Part shown: positions 30,141 to 45,703 of the stretch, piece after piece | Numbering within the stretch: position 1 is the stretch's first letter | Layout: every line of letters begins with the position of its first letter | Source of the DNA: Prorocentrum cordatum | Taxonomy: Eukaryota | Length of the DNA: 64,000 nt | NCBI GenBank assembly: GCA_963575745.1 | Contig: CAUYUJ010000237.1 | Span: 186,001-250,000, forward strand | Direction of reading: 5' to 3' | The notes under the pieces: generated by a model | Told to the model about the DNA's origin: nothing | Seen by the model: only the letters and a program-made list of their open reading frames with translations | The model's database searches: none | Position numbers and translations under genes: made by a program

Positions 30141-31184
30141 GGGTATGTATCGAACGAGGTTCTCGGATTTGCACCTCCGACCCCTGTCCGTTTAGAGCCA
30201 AGTAGTGATTTCGATGTGGGAAATTGACGGCCGCCAGGACGTGGGTGGAAGGACGGAGGAGCAAGCAGGAGGACGCAGGAAGAGGGAGAAGCGAAGAGCG
30301 AGGAAGAGAAGGGAGGGGGCAAGACGAGAAGGAAGAGGAAGGAGAGAGGAGGGGGGATGCTCACCACCTGCCTGTCTGTGAGTTGTCCTCGTCGCTGCCC
30401 TTCATCGTAGCCGCCGCCGTCGTTGGCGTAGCACTCGTCGTCCATCCGGACCCGCTCTCACACCTAGACGCTCACGGCCAGACACTCATAGCGGAACGTG
30501 CCAGGAAACGTGATGCACACACGGGGGTTTCAGCGTCGAATAATTCGGGTGAGTGGGGGGCGGGGGGGCAAGATGGTGGAAGCATGCGAGCTATCTTTTG
30601 GGCCGCGTGGAAGCCACAATGGGACGCACGGGGACGCACAGTAAGCATACATTCCTAAGGCTGTGTACGAGCGTTTCGCCAGAGGGGGTCCCATAGGGGT
30701 AAAAACAGCCACAGGAGAGCCCACCAGGGGGGACGGGAAGCCCGAGGCCGCCTCGGTCAGAGGCTGTCTGGCAGCGGTTTCGGTTTAGACGTCCTCACAA
30801 TGTAGTCAAATGTTGCTCTCGCTCAAGGCTGGCTTCATTTTTTGGTCTGGACTCCTGTGATCCCTTGTGCACACTGGCGTGTCCTCACCCCCTGTTACGG
30901 CTACATCTGCTTTATGAACCCATAGGGATACATAGGAACGAGCATGTTTACGAGCCGTCCTGCTACTCATCGACCCACCTATTCACCGTAGCTGCTACTA
31001 TGCTGCTTTGCTGGGGTAGTATGTTTTATCTGTTGTGCGTTGTTTCTTGTTGCCATCTCAGGTCGTCTTGGGCCATCTTGGCCGTCGTCGGCTCCTGGGG
31101 CCCTGTCTATGCCTTCTTGGGCCCTCCTGGGGGCCTCTTGGAGGCCTCTTGGGCCCCCAGGGAACTGTTCCCGCGACCCTTGGA

Positions 31185-31770
31185 TGGCTCTTCTTGGCGC
31201 CGCGGGCCCTGAGTAATCAGCAGAAGAGAGACAAGAGACACTGGCAACACGTCGGTCCAGCAATTCTTGACGCTTCGCGTACCCCCACCATCCTTTTGTT
31301 GTCAATTAGTAGGCCCCGCGACCAAAAAAGTACCCCCACCATCCAGAAGCCATTGCTGGGAGAGCGAGTTGCTAGTTTGAGGGCAGTGTTGGAGCGCGCA
31401 GTGGAACGGGCCGCCGTGGAAGCGCACTAGGGGCGCAGAAACAGTGGACACGTTTGTTGAGTCGTATGACACATGTTCCCCTGCTGCCTCGGCTTTCTGT
31501 TGTTCTTCTGGGGTGAGTTCTCGGAGTTACCTGGCATGTCTTGACAGATCTGGAGGAGCTTGATGCGCAGGCAGGCGAAAAGGAGGTTGGGAGGCGGAGG
31601 TGGAGGAGGAGGAGAAGGGGGAGGAGGGAAAAGGGAAAAGGGGCGGTGGCTCTTCTTGGTGTCGTGGGCCTGTGGTAATCCGCAGAGAAGAGACAAGAGG
31701 CACTGGCAACACGTCCGTCCAGCAATGTATCTCGCAGCCTTGCGCCGCCACGGGGGCTGGCGGATCGGAG
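31185..31770 (+). mobile_element. Two nearby fragments of one interspersed repeat with different hairpin ends
   Basis: 31185-31264 matches 31647-31726 (tggctcttcttgg...gagacaagag.cactggcaacacgtc.gtccagcaat). They are followed by acgcttcgcgt and by ccgcca-cgggggc-tggcgg respectively. Confidence 0.65.
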
Positions 31771-34598
31771 GGCCTCCACGTGCTCTTGTGTGCGTCACTG
31801 CAAGGCGTTTTGGTCATTAGCGTCTGGGGGGCACTTGGGGCTCTCGCGGGGCCGTTTGGCCACCCTCCTGACCGCCTTGGGCCATTGGCCCACGTTCCTG
31901 ACCGCCTTGGGCCAATGGCTAGGCCTGGCAGGGGCGCCCAGGAAGCCGTGAAGGCCTGGGAGACCCAGATTTTTCTGTTGGGGGGGGGGTCCCGAGGAGA
32001 AAGAGAAGGAGGAGGCACAGGGGGACACTGGAGGAGCACCGGCAGCAGGGGGGCCACTGCAGCAGGAGCAGGAGCAGGAGATGAAGTATTCTTTCTCGCC
32101 CTGCGAGCCCATTCTCCCCGCGTCGCGTCGTGGATGGACGACGAGGAGGGGTGTGTATATGCATATATCTATAGGTATATTCACACACTTGTAAATACAT
32201 GCATGTAGATATATATAGAGAGAGAGAGAGAAGGAGAAACAGAGAAACAGACAGACAGAGAGAGGCATGCACATAGAAAGTGCGCGTGTGCGGAACAGAG
32301 CCTTCCTTGTCGGTGTTTGCGCGAGCCATTGGCAGGGGCAATTGCGTTATCAATGGTGCTGCAGCCGGGCACACCAGACTTGCAAGCAGAACGTGCTTGC
32401 TATAGGTTTTAGGTAAGCGTCTGACCAGTATCAATTTTTCCCACATGGCTCGTGTTGCTCGTCGGTTCTATCAGATGCCCGTCTGGCGCTAATTGTGATT
32501 TAGACGGAGCCCCACGTGGAAGAGTAACGTTGGTGGCAGTTTCGCAGAGCCTGGTGGTTCTGCGGACCCATTCCAAGCTTGATGCTTTTATTTGGGGCTC
32601 CGTGTTCTGACCGTCCAGCAAAACATTGCTGGTCACACGAGGCAAAGGGACAGTTATCTTCAGCGTGTAGTGCCGTCTGGAGACTGCGGAGTGGAACGAC
32701 CTTTACGCTCCCAGTTTCAAGCGCTGCTCACCTGTAGATGGTGAGAGGATGTCTAGTTCCAGGGGCTGTCAATTGAGAGGTTCGCGCGAGTGGAAGTGAT
32801 TGTAGCCGCAGTGACGGTCAGCGAAGGGCAAACGATCAACCATCTGCATGAACTAGCAGACCAATCACCGCGCTTCACCGACCAGTTCAGAGCCCCTGGT
32901 GGTTGCACTCAACTGTTTAAGGAATTTGCTTCCGAGATCAGGAAGCGCATGGCCTCCTCAGCATTCAAGTGTGAGCCTCTCCTCGCTCCTCTCTATTGTT
33001 CTTCCTCCTTCTTCTCCTCCTCCTCCTCCTCCTCTTCCTCCTCCTCCTCCTCCTTCTCCTCCTCCTCCTTCGCTTCCTCACCCTTCGTCACATCTTCGCA
33101 TGGAGCCGTCCGCATGCATCCGCTGCTGCATCCGCGCGTCCCGTGCATTTGTTTCGGCCATTCATGAACTGGCATGTGCGCATGCAAGTGCTGCTCATTA
33201 TGTGCACTCGCCCGCGTGCTTGTGCATGCGGCTGCAACAGAGACCGCCTGTTGCAGCTACGGATGTGAGGTATTTGCGCCGTTTGTTTGGGGCAAAGTGT
33301 GTTGTTTCTGTTAGTGCCACCGGAGTATGTCCGCCTCCCTTGCCCGCGTGGGTGCGGTGGCCCTGTGGTGTTCCTGTGATTCCGCGGTGGTCCAGATGTT
33401 GGCCCTCTCTTGGTGGCCCTGGCTGCCCTCATAACGTGCTTTAGGAAGAGGTGGTTCCACGTTCTTGTTCAAGGCGAATAGTTGCTGCTCCGATGCTGGC
33501 TGCCTTCGGCTCATCAAATTTGTCGTGGCTCGTTGCTTGGACGTCTACGCCCCTTCCGTGAGGCTTCGCCACGCCCGTAGTCATCTCATGTCGGTGTCAA
33601 CGTTAACTCCAATGACAAAACATAATTCGTGTACCATATCCGACATCCGAACATCTCATGAGAACATTGCTGTCATCCGGATCGGCCAGCATGCGAGCAA
33701 GTTGCCTGATACAAGTTTGCTAGAAAGGTGGGCTCTCCCAAGCACTGGTTTCGAATTCAAACGCGCTCAGTGTTTGACAGCGGCTGCACCCACATTTGGC
33801 GTGTTTGATCCCAAAGGTTGAAGACTTCCATGCGAGTGTAAGTGGATTGTCACCAGCGTTTCAGGCACTGGGACCTACTCTGACATCCCAGCTATAGTCG
33901 AGCAAATCCAGAGGTGGGCCGAGTGGGTGACACAGTGCTAGCACAATCAGAAGAGGAAGACGAGGAGGGGGATTAGAAGGCGGAAGGCTAAAGTTAGGGC
34001 GGCTCGAGATTGGGAAGTTGTCCAGTGAGACACATAGGGTACACCGTTTACCTGCGCATGCGCCTGCCAATGTCGTGAATTTTCCCTCCTCTCTCTCTCC
34101 GTCGCTGTTTCGCGCTTGTTTTATATTCCATCGCGTGGTTTTCCTCGGGGGGCGAATCCCGAGCCAAAATCCGTTCGTACTCTGTCCCCGGACCCCTGCA
34201 CGAATCCATCCTGGCCAGTTTACATCTGACGGTCCCGGAGCTCGAGATAAACCCATTGGCGAAAATCCCATTCAAATGTCTTCCTCCTCTTTCTCGTCGT
34301 CCTCCTCCTCCTCCGCCTCCTCCAACTCCTCCGCCTCCTCCTCCTCATCCTCCTCCTCATCCCTCTTCCTCCTCCTCCTCCTCCTCCTCCTCCTCCTCCT
34401 CCTCCTCCTCCTCCTCCTCCTCCTCCTCCTCCCCTCCCTCCTCCCCTCCCTCCTCCCCTGCCGCGCATGTCGCCGAGTTGCCAAGTCTCGCCAAGCTCAC
34501 TGTGCCAGGGGCAGGACAAAGCGACTGCCTCGGGTCGAGCTGCGAGCGCCGCGCCGGCCAACTTCTCCGCCCAGGCAGTGCGAGCCTCGCTCGCGTGC

Positions 34599-34720
34599 CT
34601 CGGTCAAGATTGAGCGTACCAGATCGAGCGCGGGGGCCACTGACAATCCAGGCGGCCGCTCGGCGAAAAGTTCAGCAAAGATGGCACTGGCATGCACTCG
34701 TTTGAGGTCCGCGCGGAGTT
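34599..34720 (-). CDS. Candidate exon of an unidentified multi-exon minus-strand gene
   Basis: cccaag acceptor, (E)LRADLKRVHASAIFAELFAERPPGLSVAPALDLVRSILTE, then GAG|GCACG GC-type donor. Confidence 0.55.
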
Positions 34721-35559
34721 CTTGGGACGGCGCGGGGCCCTCCATCACCGCACCCGTTACCCAGCATGCGAAGAGCGCTGGGGGCACGGGTCCGGAGGCG
34801 CCGCCAGGGGTGCAGGGAGGGTCTCCAGACCCCAAAAGTCGGACCAGGCGTTCCGAGATTGATGTGCTCACGTTTGTGTTGTTGCTGTTATCACTGCTGT
34901 TCTTGTCTGTTGCAGGTCCTGCCTGGATCGCCCCGCCTTCCCTCCTCTCCCCCCCCACGCACACCGCCCGCATGTGCCTGCCCGCTGCGCCTCCGAGACA
35001 GAGCGGGTAGGTTCTCGGCCTTTCTGTCCCCCACTAAGTTTGGACATGCTTTGTGCACCCTCCGATGCCCCCCTCCTCTCTGTCTGTATGTTGGCATGCC
35101 TGTCTTCCTGCGGTCTCCGTCTGCTTGCCTCCCTCTGCTTCTCCCCGCGTGCGTATCCGTCTGCCTGACAGAATGTATATTTGTCTGTCTGTCTGTCTGT
35201 CCGTCTGTTTGTCTGTCTGTCCGTCTGTCTCTCTGTCAATCTGTCCGTCGGTCGGTTTGCCCGCAGCGCGCGGGATCGATGCCTCACGCTTTTCTCTTGA
35301 GAGACAGTGTGTCCGTTGATATGTTGCTCGCCCTGCTTGTCTGTCCATCTGCCTGACTCTCTGATTGCCTGCGTCCGTCCATCTGTGGGTTCCGCTCCAC
35401 CCGGACAGGCTCGCGTGCACAGCGAATTGGGGATTGAATCGATGTGTTCTCGGTGTTCCGTGCGGCTGGTTTTGGCCCGATGTGTACGAGGGCCGCCTCG
35501 CAGCGACAGCCCTTTGGGCCGAGGCGTTTTCGACGGAAAGGGGGAGAGCGAGAGAGCGA

Positions 35560-35705
35560 ACACAGTCTCCCCCGCGGCGTCCCCTAGTGCAACCAGACCC
35601 GCCGAGGCTGCAAAACCAATAATCCGAGTGAGATGTTGGTTGATATGTGGACCACGGATCGGGATCTGCTGCGCTGCGACCGTGGCGCCCGCTGTGACCT
35701 CGGGC
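35560..35705 (-). CDS. Candidate exon of an unidentified minus-strand gene
   Basis: EVTAGATVAAQQIPIRGPHINQHLTRIIGFAASAGLVALGDAAGETVF. Boundaries approximate. Confidence 0.4.
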
Positions 35706-36829
35706 AGGTGAGATGTCCTCCTCCTCCTCAGAGGCAGGCTGGCTCCTAGACGTTCATCCCCCGAACACAAACGAGAACATCATGCAATAGACTCATGGTT
35801 CATGGTTGTCGCTCAGGGCTCCCCGAAAGTATCTGGTGGCCCGAAGCCCCAATGGCAACCCGTCTGTTCCCCGCGTCCACATCGAATGGCGAAACCAGCT
35901 GACCCCAGAGGCGGCATAACAGGACCATCCAACGCAAATAACAAAACGGTTGGAATGCTGCGAATCTGAGCATTAAGATGCACCGAACGAGCAGAGCGTA
36001 ATCACCAGACCAGTATAGGAGTCGGCGTGCATGACAGGGCCAGCAATCGGATCGGTTGGGGGAAGAATGAACACCCGAACAGAAAAGCCGGAGGGGCCAT
36101 GGGGATGCTCATCCATTTCCGCAACTCCAGCCATGAGGCGTCCTGAGGCCGCCAGGTATTTTGGTTCAAGGTGTCCAGCGGGGCTAAGGCAGGCGACGCC
36201 AGCTGGGGTCAGGCGCCGTCCAGGGAAGCCCGACGACTGCAAGATACCGAGTTGTATAATTGTTGGATTCGCCGCCAGTGGGGGCATGCAACATTGTCGT
36301 CCCAGCGGTTGCGCAAATCAATCGATGTTTGCCATATTGGCATCTTGAACGAGATCTTGCACATGTTCATGTTGGTACCGTTCGGAACTACAGAGCCAAC
36401 GGCGCGATGTCGAACGATAGAGGAGGAGAATGAGGAGGAGGAGAAGGAAAAGGGCAAGAAGGAGTAGGATAAGTAAACAAAGAAGGGGAAGAACGAGGAA
36501 GGAGAGGAGGAGAGGGAGAACAAGGACGAGTACACATTGTTCATTTTTGGGGGGGGGCAAGATCCTGTCATTTCTAATTGTTCTATCCTGGGCCTCTTCC
36601 TGGCCACTGGGGGGCCAGGAACAATTAGAAACGAGCACACTTAGAAATGAACACGATTGGGAATGAACGACGTGTGCGGAGGAGGAGGAGGAGGAGGAGC
36701 AGGAGGAGGAGAAGGAGGAGGAGGAGGAGAGGTAGGTCGAGGATGAGGAGGAGGAGGAGGTGGAGGAGGGCAGCACATCCCCAGCCAAGTGCATCGTTCA
36801 CGGGCCGTGGCACGGACCCTCCACTTGTA

Positions 36830-36960
36830 GACGAATTTGTAATTCGGCGGCGCAGAGGGTCCTCAGGCGCGAGCAGCAGATGGAAGTGCGAATTGCGATC
36901 GAACGTTGTCGAACGCACAGTGTACAAACCGTGCTCGCTGCCAAGTGCAGGAACGCGTTG
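36830..36960 (-). CDS. Candidate exon of an unidentified minus-strand gene
   Basis: VPALGSEHGLYTVRSTTFDRNSHFHLLLAPEDPLRRRI. Boundaries approximate. Confidence 0.35.
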
Positions 36961-37379
36961 TGTGAAAGAGGAGCTGTAAAACCAAGCGAAACGTGCAGCG
37001 ACCAGAAAACCAAGCAGGCAACTCAACTCGAAGTGAACTGAAGACTTGGAGACGAACACGCACCACCCATCCGACTCTCCACAATCCACAGGTTGAGAGG
37101 CGTCCACCACCATCATACCGAGATGGGACCTGCCTCACGGAGGCCCGTCAGTGCGCCATCCTCCCTGTACAAGTTTTGTTCCCAGCAACCTGAAGCTCAA
37201 ACCACCGAAGTTTGCTCTTGGCAGCTTGCGGCGCCACCAGCTGTCCCTTGCCCTACACCTGACCTCAGACTATCCTTACACCAGATTGCCGCATATATTG
37301 CAGCAGCACCGGCAGCTGGACCATTCGCGTACACGGCACACGACACAATCCTAGCACCCACGACGGCGACACTTACAAC

Positions 37380-37700
37380 AGCTATGCTATGCAGTGTGTC
37401 CACGGTCATATAGGGCTCCAGGACTTGCCGTGGCATTCTCACCCACAGGCCAACGCTATGCTAGTGGGTCCACGGCAACACAGGGCTTCCAAACCCGCCG
37501 TGGCTTTCTCGCCCCCGGAGGATCACCCGACGTTTCGTAGCACCCACAAAGGCGGCTACACCAACAAAGGTTCTTCGATGCAGTGTGTCGACGGTAATAC
37601 GGGGTTCCAGACCCGTCGTGGCTTCCTCAACCACAGGCCAATGCTATGCTAGCGGGTCAGGGCCCGAAAACCCGCGGAGGTGTTCTCACCCACACATGCT
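37380..37700. repeat. Degenerate ~60-75-bp minisatellite
   Basis: Recurring gctatgcta / gtccacgg / ccgtggc..tctc.ccc / ccacaggccaa. Confidence 0.7.
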
Positions 37701-37794
37701 ACCTTAGCATTGGATTTTCCCGGGTGGGACCACATACTTTAAAGACCAGTGGGTAGCGTTTTCTCATGCACCTCCTTGGTGATGGCCGTAATCG

Positions 37795-37890
37795 CCAACA
37801 TTGCTGGGGCCTCGGAGGCGACAGTACGAAGAGCAAATTATCCACTCTGTCCTTGGAGGGCCCCGGCCAAACTCCAACCTTGACCTCCTC
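37795..37890 (-). CDS. Candidate exon of an unidentified minus-strand gene
   Basis: ccag|GAG acceptor then EEVKVGVWPGPSKDRVDNLLFVLSPPRPQQCW. Confidence 0.35.
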
Positions 37891-40019
37891 CTGGCTCCAC
37901 CTGCCTCCAACTGCCTCCCCCGCCACTCACCCGACGAACCTTCCCCTCCATACTCTTGCGGTTGCGGGATCAGGCGGGGAGATCCCGGGGGGGGGGCCTG
38001 AGGGGGCAAACACCGCCGGCCGTCTTGGCGAGGACCAGGGCGGCCGCGGCCTGCGGAGCTGCCCACGCCAAGCAACGACCACGGGCTACCGCTGACCGTT
38101 GTAGCGTTAGAGGAAGGGCGCAGCTACAGCCCATCTTAGGCTCGCTCGCCGCACGTCGCGACCTATTCCTACAGCCTTCGGCATATCGGCCCACTTCCTG
38201 CCTATATTCGCACCCCCACTGCGTTCCGCATAACTATCCCTCTCGCGTTTGCCTCACAGTGCAAGCGCCCAGCCCAGCCGCAGTCCCATGGCAACCGCCT
38301 TACCTGTATGGACACAGCCCTATCGCAGCCGCTCGCAGCAACTATGGGAGGTTGGGGGTTATCACGTGCGGGTGGGATTAGGGAAGACCGCCACGCAAAC
38401 CAGTTGCTCAAGCCACGTACCCCTCCGCCATTTTGCCACCAATTGCATGCACAACGCTTGCGCCACCAGTGGAGGATGGGTTTCATGTTACATGGGGGAA
38501 CTACCATCCATCCCGCGGCCGCCGCCACGGGATGGCGCAAACCTCCCCGCGCCCGGTGGAAATTCCAACGCGACTCCCAGTCCCTCCCTGAGAACCCTTC
38601 GCTTGCCGCGGCAGGTGTTGGTGTGGATGGGGGTCGGATCCCTGGGGCTTCCGCATGGGCGCGGGAGGGCCTTGCGCCATCCCCCTTTGGGCGAGCGTGA
38701 CCACGACCACACTTTGACAGCCAGCGCTACTAATCATTCCCGCGTCCACCGCAAGCCACCACGCCAGCCTCCCTGCTTCTCCTCCCCCTTGTTCCAGGTT
38801 AGTCGTCGCCGCTTCTTCGTTCCTCTCTCCCTCCCCCCCACCAGGATGCAGGGGGCCTAGATGCCCCACCCCTAGGGAGGGTTTGTCGGCTCCCATCTCC
38901 TCTCCTTCACTACATCTACCTCGTTTGATCACCCCCCCAGGAGCAATTGCCTCTGGGGGGGATTGCGGCGTCTGTACGACCAGAGTGCCAATGTAGTTCC
39001 CAGGAGGAGGAGGAGGAGGAGGAGGAGGAGGAGGAGGAGGACGAGGAGGAGGAGGAGGAGGAGGAGGAGGAGGAGGACGAGGAGGACGAGGAGGCAGGGC
39101 AGAACGAGGATCGGGGCCAGTGAGGAAGAAGATGTGGATGAGAGGCAGGAGGGTTAGAGCAGGAGGAGCAGGAGGAGGGGAAGGGGGAAGTAAGGTGTTT
39201 GAGTTGCCTGGGGCCTGGGGCCCCGGGGCCCGGGGTCCGGAGTAAGGCGTCCGGCGTCCGTGGCCCGTGGCCCAGGGCCCGGGGCCCGGGGCCCGGTGCC
39301 CCAGGCCAAGGGCCCGGCGTCCAGCGACGGGTGCCCGGGACCTGGGGCCCGAGGCCGGGGGCACGAGGTCCCCGGCGTCCAGGGGGCGGAGCTCAGATGC
39401 CAAAGAGTGGTTCGTGGAGGGAGGGGCAGGAGTGTGCAGGAGGAGCGAAGGGAGAGGAACGGCAGGAGCAGGGACAGCAGGAGCAGGAGCAGCAGGAGCA
39501 GCCTTGCATAGGGAGCGACGCGGGAGGGCGTAGAATGGGCGAGGGCGAGGGAAGGAGCAGCAGAGGGAGAAGCAGCAGGGAGTAACGAAGAGTAGAATGG
39601 AATGCTGAAGAGTGGGGTTGATTGTGGAAGGAGGGGTAAGCGTGGGTAGGACGGTGAGTGGGGTGGAGTATGGAGGATGAGGAGGAAAGTGCAGCACTGA
39701 AGAGTGAAATTGACAATCATGAGAATAATAGTGGCACGAAGCACATGAGGAGGGCGAGGATTGGGGAGGAGTGTGAAACGGAATGGAAGTAGAATGGAGC
39801 GCATTGTAGAAGAGATGGGAGCACTGGGCAGGAGCTGTGGTGGCGGGCTGGAGGGCACTGGAACAGGAAGGAAAAAAGAGAAGGATTACGAAGAAGACAA
39901 CAAGAGCCGGGTGGAGTGGAGTGGAATGGAATGGAAGGATTGGGGAGGGGTGAAGAGTTGAGAGGGAGGCGGAATCATGGGGAATTTGATCATATTCATT
40001 GTTTCTCGCCTCGGTCCTC

Positions 40020-40335
40020 TCGATCCTACTCATCGCACCTCCTCCCCCCTCTCCTCGAACCTTGGCATCGCACCCGTCGATCCTCCTCGATTCTCGATCC
40101 TCGGTCCTCCTCCGAACCCTTCTCCATTCTTCTAGATCCTCGACCCTCATCGATCCTCGAGCCTCGATACTCCTCCTCGATCCTCCTCCTCATCTTTCTC
40201 CTTGGTTCTCTCCTCGATCCTGGATCATCCTCCTCATCATTCTCTTCGATCGTCCTCCTTCTCCTCCTCAGTCTTCGATCGTCCTCCTTCGCTCCCTCTT
40301 CGATCCTCGGTTTCGATTCCTCGATCCTCAATCCT
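40020..40335. repeat. ctcgatcct-type short repeat (also at 52640-53030)
   Basis: Directly visible. Confidence 0.8.
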
Positions 40336-40597
40336 CTTCCTTTCTAGGGGTAGCAGGGAGCCAGTGTAGAAATAAGGGGGGGGATTGTGGCACTTGTGAG
40401 TTTGTTTGTATATGCTTGGGGAGGGGCCTTCTTTAATAGAGGGTGCTGCGCAACAGAGCGGCCCTGCGCAGAGGGAGGGGCGCGTCTGGCACCAAGGACC
40501 TTTCCAACATGAGCTTTGGGAGAGGCCCTGTCTGATAGAAGGAGTTGTGCAAGAGAAGGGCGCGTTCAGTATTGAAGGGATGCTTAACGTCAGCTCG

Positions 40598-41950
40598 GAG
40601 TGGAGTTGTACGGGGGCCTGAGACCTCGCTGCTCCCTGGTGGGCTGCGAAGTGTGAAACTGTCGCCATTTTCGCGGGTTCCTGGGAGGTCGAGCGGGGTG
40701 GAGTTGTACGGAAGCCTTGTTGAGACCTCGGTGCTTTCTGGTGAGCTGCGAAGTGTGAAACTTTCGCCACTTGCACGGGTTCCTGGGAGGTCGCGCGGGG
40801 TGGAGTTGTATGGGGGCCCGGTTGAGTCCTGGTGGGCTTGCGAAGTGTTAAATTGTCGCCATGTTCGTGGTTTCTTACGAGGTCGCGCAGGGTGGAGTTG
40901 TACGGGGATGCAGTTGAGACCTCGCGGCTCCCTGGGGGTACTGCGAAGTGCGAATATGTCGCCATCTTCGCGGGCTCCTGGGAGGTCCAGCGCAGTGGAC
41001 TTGTACGGGGGCACAGTTGAGACCTCGCGGCTCCCTGGTGGGGGGTGCGAAGTGTGAATATGTTGTTTTTTTCGCGGGCTGCCAGTAGGTAGCGCTGAGT
41101 GGATTTGCACGGGGACCCAGTTGAGACCTCGCGTCGCGGCTCCTTGATAGGCTGTGGAGTGTGGAACTGTCGCCATTTTCGCGGGCTCCTGGGAGGTCGG
41201 CTCGCGGCTGCCTGGGGGTTTGCGAAGTGTGAAATTGTCGCCATAGTCGTCGGCGCATGGGGTGCTCCGCGGAGTGGAGTTGTACGGGGGCGCAGTTGAG
41301 ACCACGCAGCTCTCTGGGGGGCTGCGGAGTGTGAAAATGTCGCCACTTTCGTGGGTTCCCGGGAGGTCCAGTGCAGTGGAGTTGTACGGGCATCTCGTCG
41401 AGATCTCGCCGCTTCCTGGGGAGCTGCGAAGTTTGAAATGTTCGCCACTTCTTTGGGCTCCTGGGAGATCCAGCAGAGTGGAGTTGTACGGGGACCCAGT
41501 TGAGACCTCGCTGCTCCCTGGGGGTCTTCGATGTGTGAAGTTGTCGCCTTTTTCGTGGGTTCCTTGGAGGTCCAGCGCAGTGGAGTTGTACGGGGGCACA
41601 GTTGAGACCTCGCGACTCCCTGGTGGGTTGCGGAGCGCGTAACTGTCGCCACTTTCGTGGGCGCCTGGTATGTCCAGCGGAGTGGACTTGTGCGTGGACC
41701 CAGTTGAGACCTCGCGGCTCCCTGGCGGGCTGGGAAGTTTGAAACTTTCGCCACTTCCTTGGGTTCCTGGGAGATCCAGCGGAGTGGAGTTGTACGGGGA
41801 CCCAGTTGAGACCTTGCGGCTCTCGAGGGCTGTGCAGTATGAATTTATCGCCACTGTCGTGGGTTCCTGGGAGGTCCAGCCGAGTGGGGGGTCACGGGAT
41901 CCCGTTAGGACCTCGCAGTTCCGTGTGAGGGGCTGCGGAGTGTGAGATTG
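40598..41950 (+). repeat. ~101-bp tandem satellite (about 13 units)
   Basis: Unit is gtggagttgtacgggg..cagttgagacctcgcggctccctgg..gctgcgaagtgtgaaactgtcgcca.tttcg.gggttcctgggaggtccagcg. Anchors at about 41380, 41481 and 41583. Confidence 0.95.
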
Positions 41951-42176
41951 TCAGGGTTGCTTGCAACATCGTGTGTGCGCCTTGGGTTTGCATTGGCCCT
42001 CCCCCCGACGAGCTGACGAGCTGAAGGCACGAGGTTCCGTCGGCTGCTGCCCTCCGTCCTCCTCCTCCCGTTCCTCCTTCTCCCTTTCTCTCTTAGTATT
42101 GTTCTTATTGTTATTATGAAGGGGAGTATGATTATTGTTATGCGTCGTCTTATTGATGGTCTTCGTATTATTCTTA

Positions 42177-44527
<2,351 letters not shown>

Positions 44528-44674
44528 TTGCCTTATTATTGTCATCCCATTATTTTGTCGACCCCTCCTTCCTACCCCCTCTTCATCTCCTTCCTCCCCC
44601 TGCTCCTCCTCCCCCCCCTCCGCCCCCTCTTGGTCGGAGCGAACGGTGGGGCGGGCGACGTCGAGCTCGCCCAC

Positions 44675-44729
44675 TTCTGAAGCTGGCGGCGCCTCCTTCG
44701 TCTTTGCGCGTGGCAAAGATCAACTTCCC
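44675..44729 (-). CDS. Candidate micro-exon
   Basis: tatgcag|GGG acceptor then GKLIFATRKDEGGAASFR. Confidence 0.3.
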
Positions 44730-45544
44730 CTGCATACAGACCACAGCTGTTTGAAAGATGCTCCACGCATGTAATCATGACTCGGGGCTCCAGCACCTCA
44801 TGGCAGAAGTTCCCGGCAGCGGGGGGGCTCTGGCGCCCTCCCCGGCGCCCCGCCCAGGAGGATCCCAAGGCTTGCGCCGCCCCCCCCCCATACGGGGCTT
44901 GCTGGACACGCGCAGAGCACTGTTTCGGCGGTCCCTGAGACGGTCTCGAGGCTGCGCCGCCAGTGCAAACATGTGGCGCGGCGGCTCCCAGAGGGTGCTG
45001 GAGGCTGCTGCTCACGCGAGAGTGCGCCCAGGGCGTTTGCTGGAGGACGCCCCTGGCAGTGGCAATCGCGGAGCGAGGTCTCCGCCGATGCGACGCAGTT
45101 GCGTCACCGTCCGTGACTCGCCGCGTTGTCTCGATCCCGAGGTTCCCGCGCCCCTCCAGCGCCCCCCCCGGGCGCCACCCATCGCGGAACGAGACCCCCC
45201 GCCTTTGTGACGCAGTCGTGCCACCCCCGCGCGAGACCCAGTCGTGCAGCGAGGCGCCACCGTGGTCGCGGAGCGAGTCCCCCCGCCAATCGCAGAGCCA
45301 GGCCCCCGCCGACGCGGCGCATGGCGCTTCGTTCCGTTTGAGGAGGGGGGGCCCAGGGGGGCAGAGCCGGAGGAGGATATACGTGAAGATTGCATGGGCG
45401 CTTCGCGCCATGCACCTTGGTCCTTGAAGCTTGGTGCGCAGGCGGAATGGCAAGAAGGTCAAACAGACAATCTAGCGATACTCCGTATTGCCTTCTCCGG
45501 CATCGCCGTTATGATATGGTTATTCGGCATTTTTCCTCCATATT

Positions 45545-45653
45545 TCCCAACCATCCTGTGGTGTTGGGTCCTCGTTTTGAAGAGACGGTGCCCCGCGTCT
45601 CCTTCCTCCTCCTCTCCTCCTCCGCCTCCTCTCCCCTCCTATCATCCTCATCG

Positions 45654-45703
<50 letters not shown>

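Noticed and set aside
32790..32970. Plus-strand protein-like ORF (VIVAAVTVSEGQTINHLHEL...)
   Set aside because: The strand is ambiguous against neighbouring minus-strand candidates, and there is no motif or clear splice support.
40237..41854. 473-505 aa repetitive minus-strand ORFs
   Set aside because: They are read-through of the ~101-bp satellite. Unit length is not a stable multiple of three and overlapping frames are equally open.
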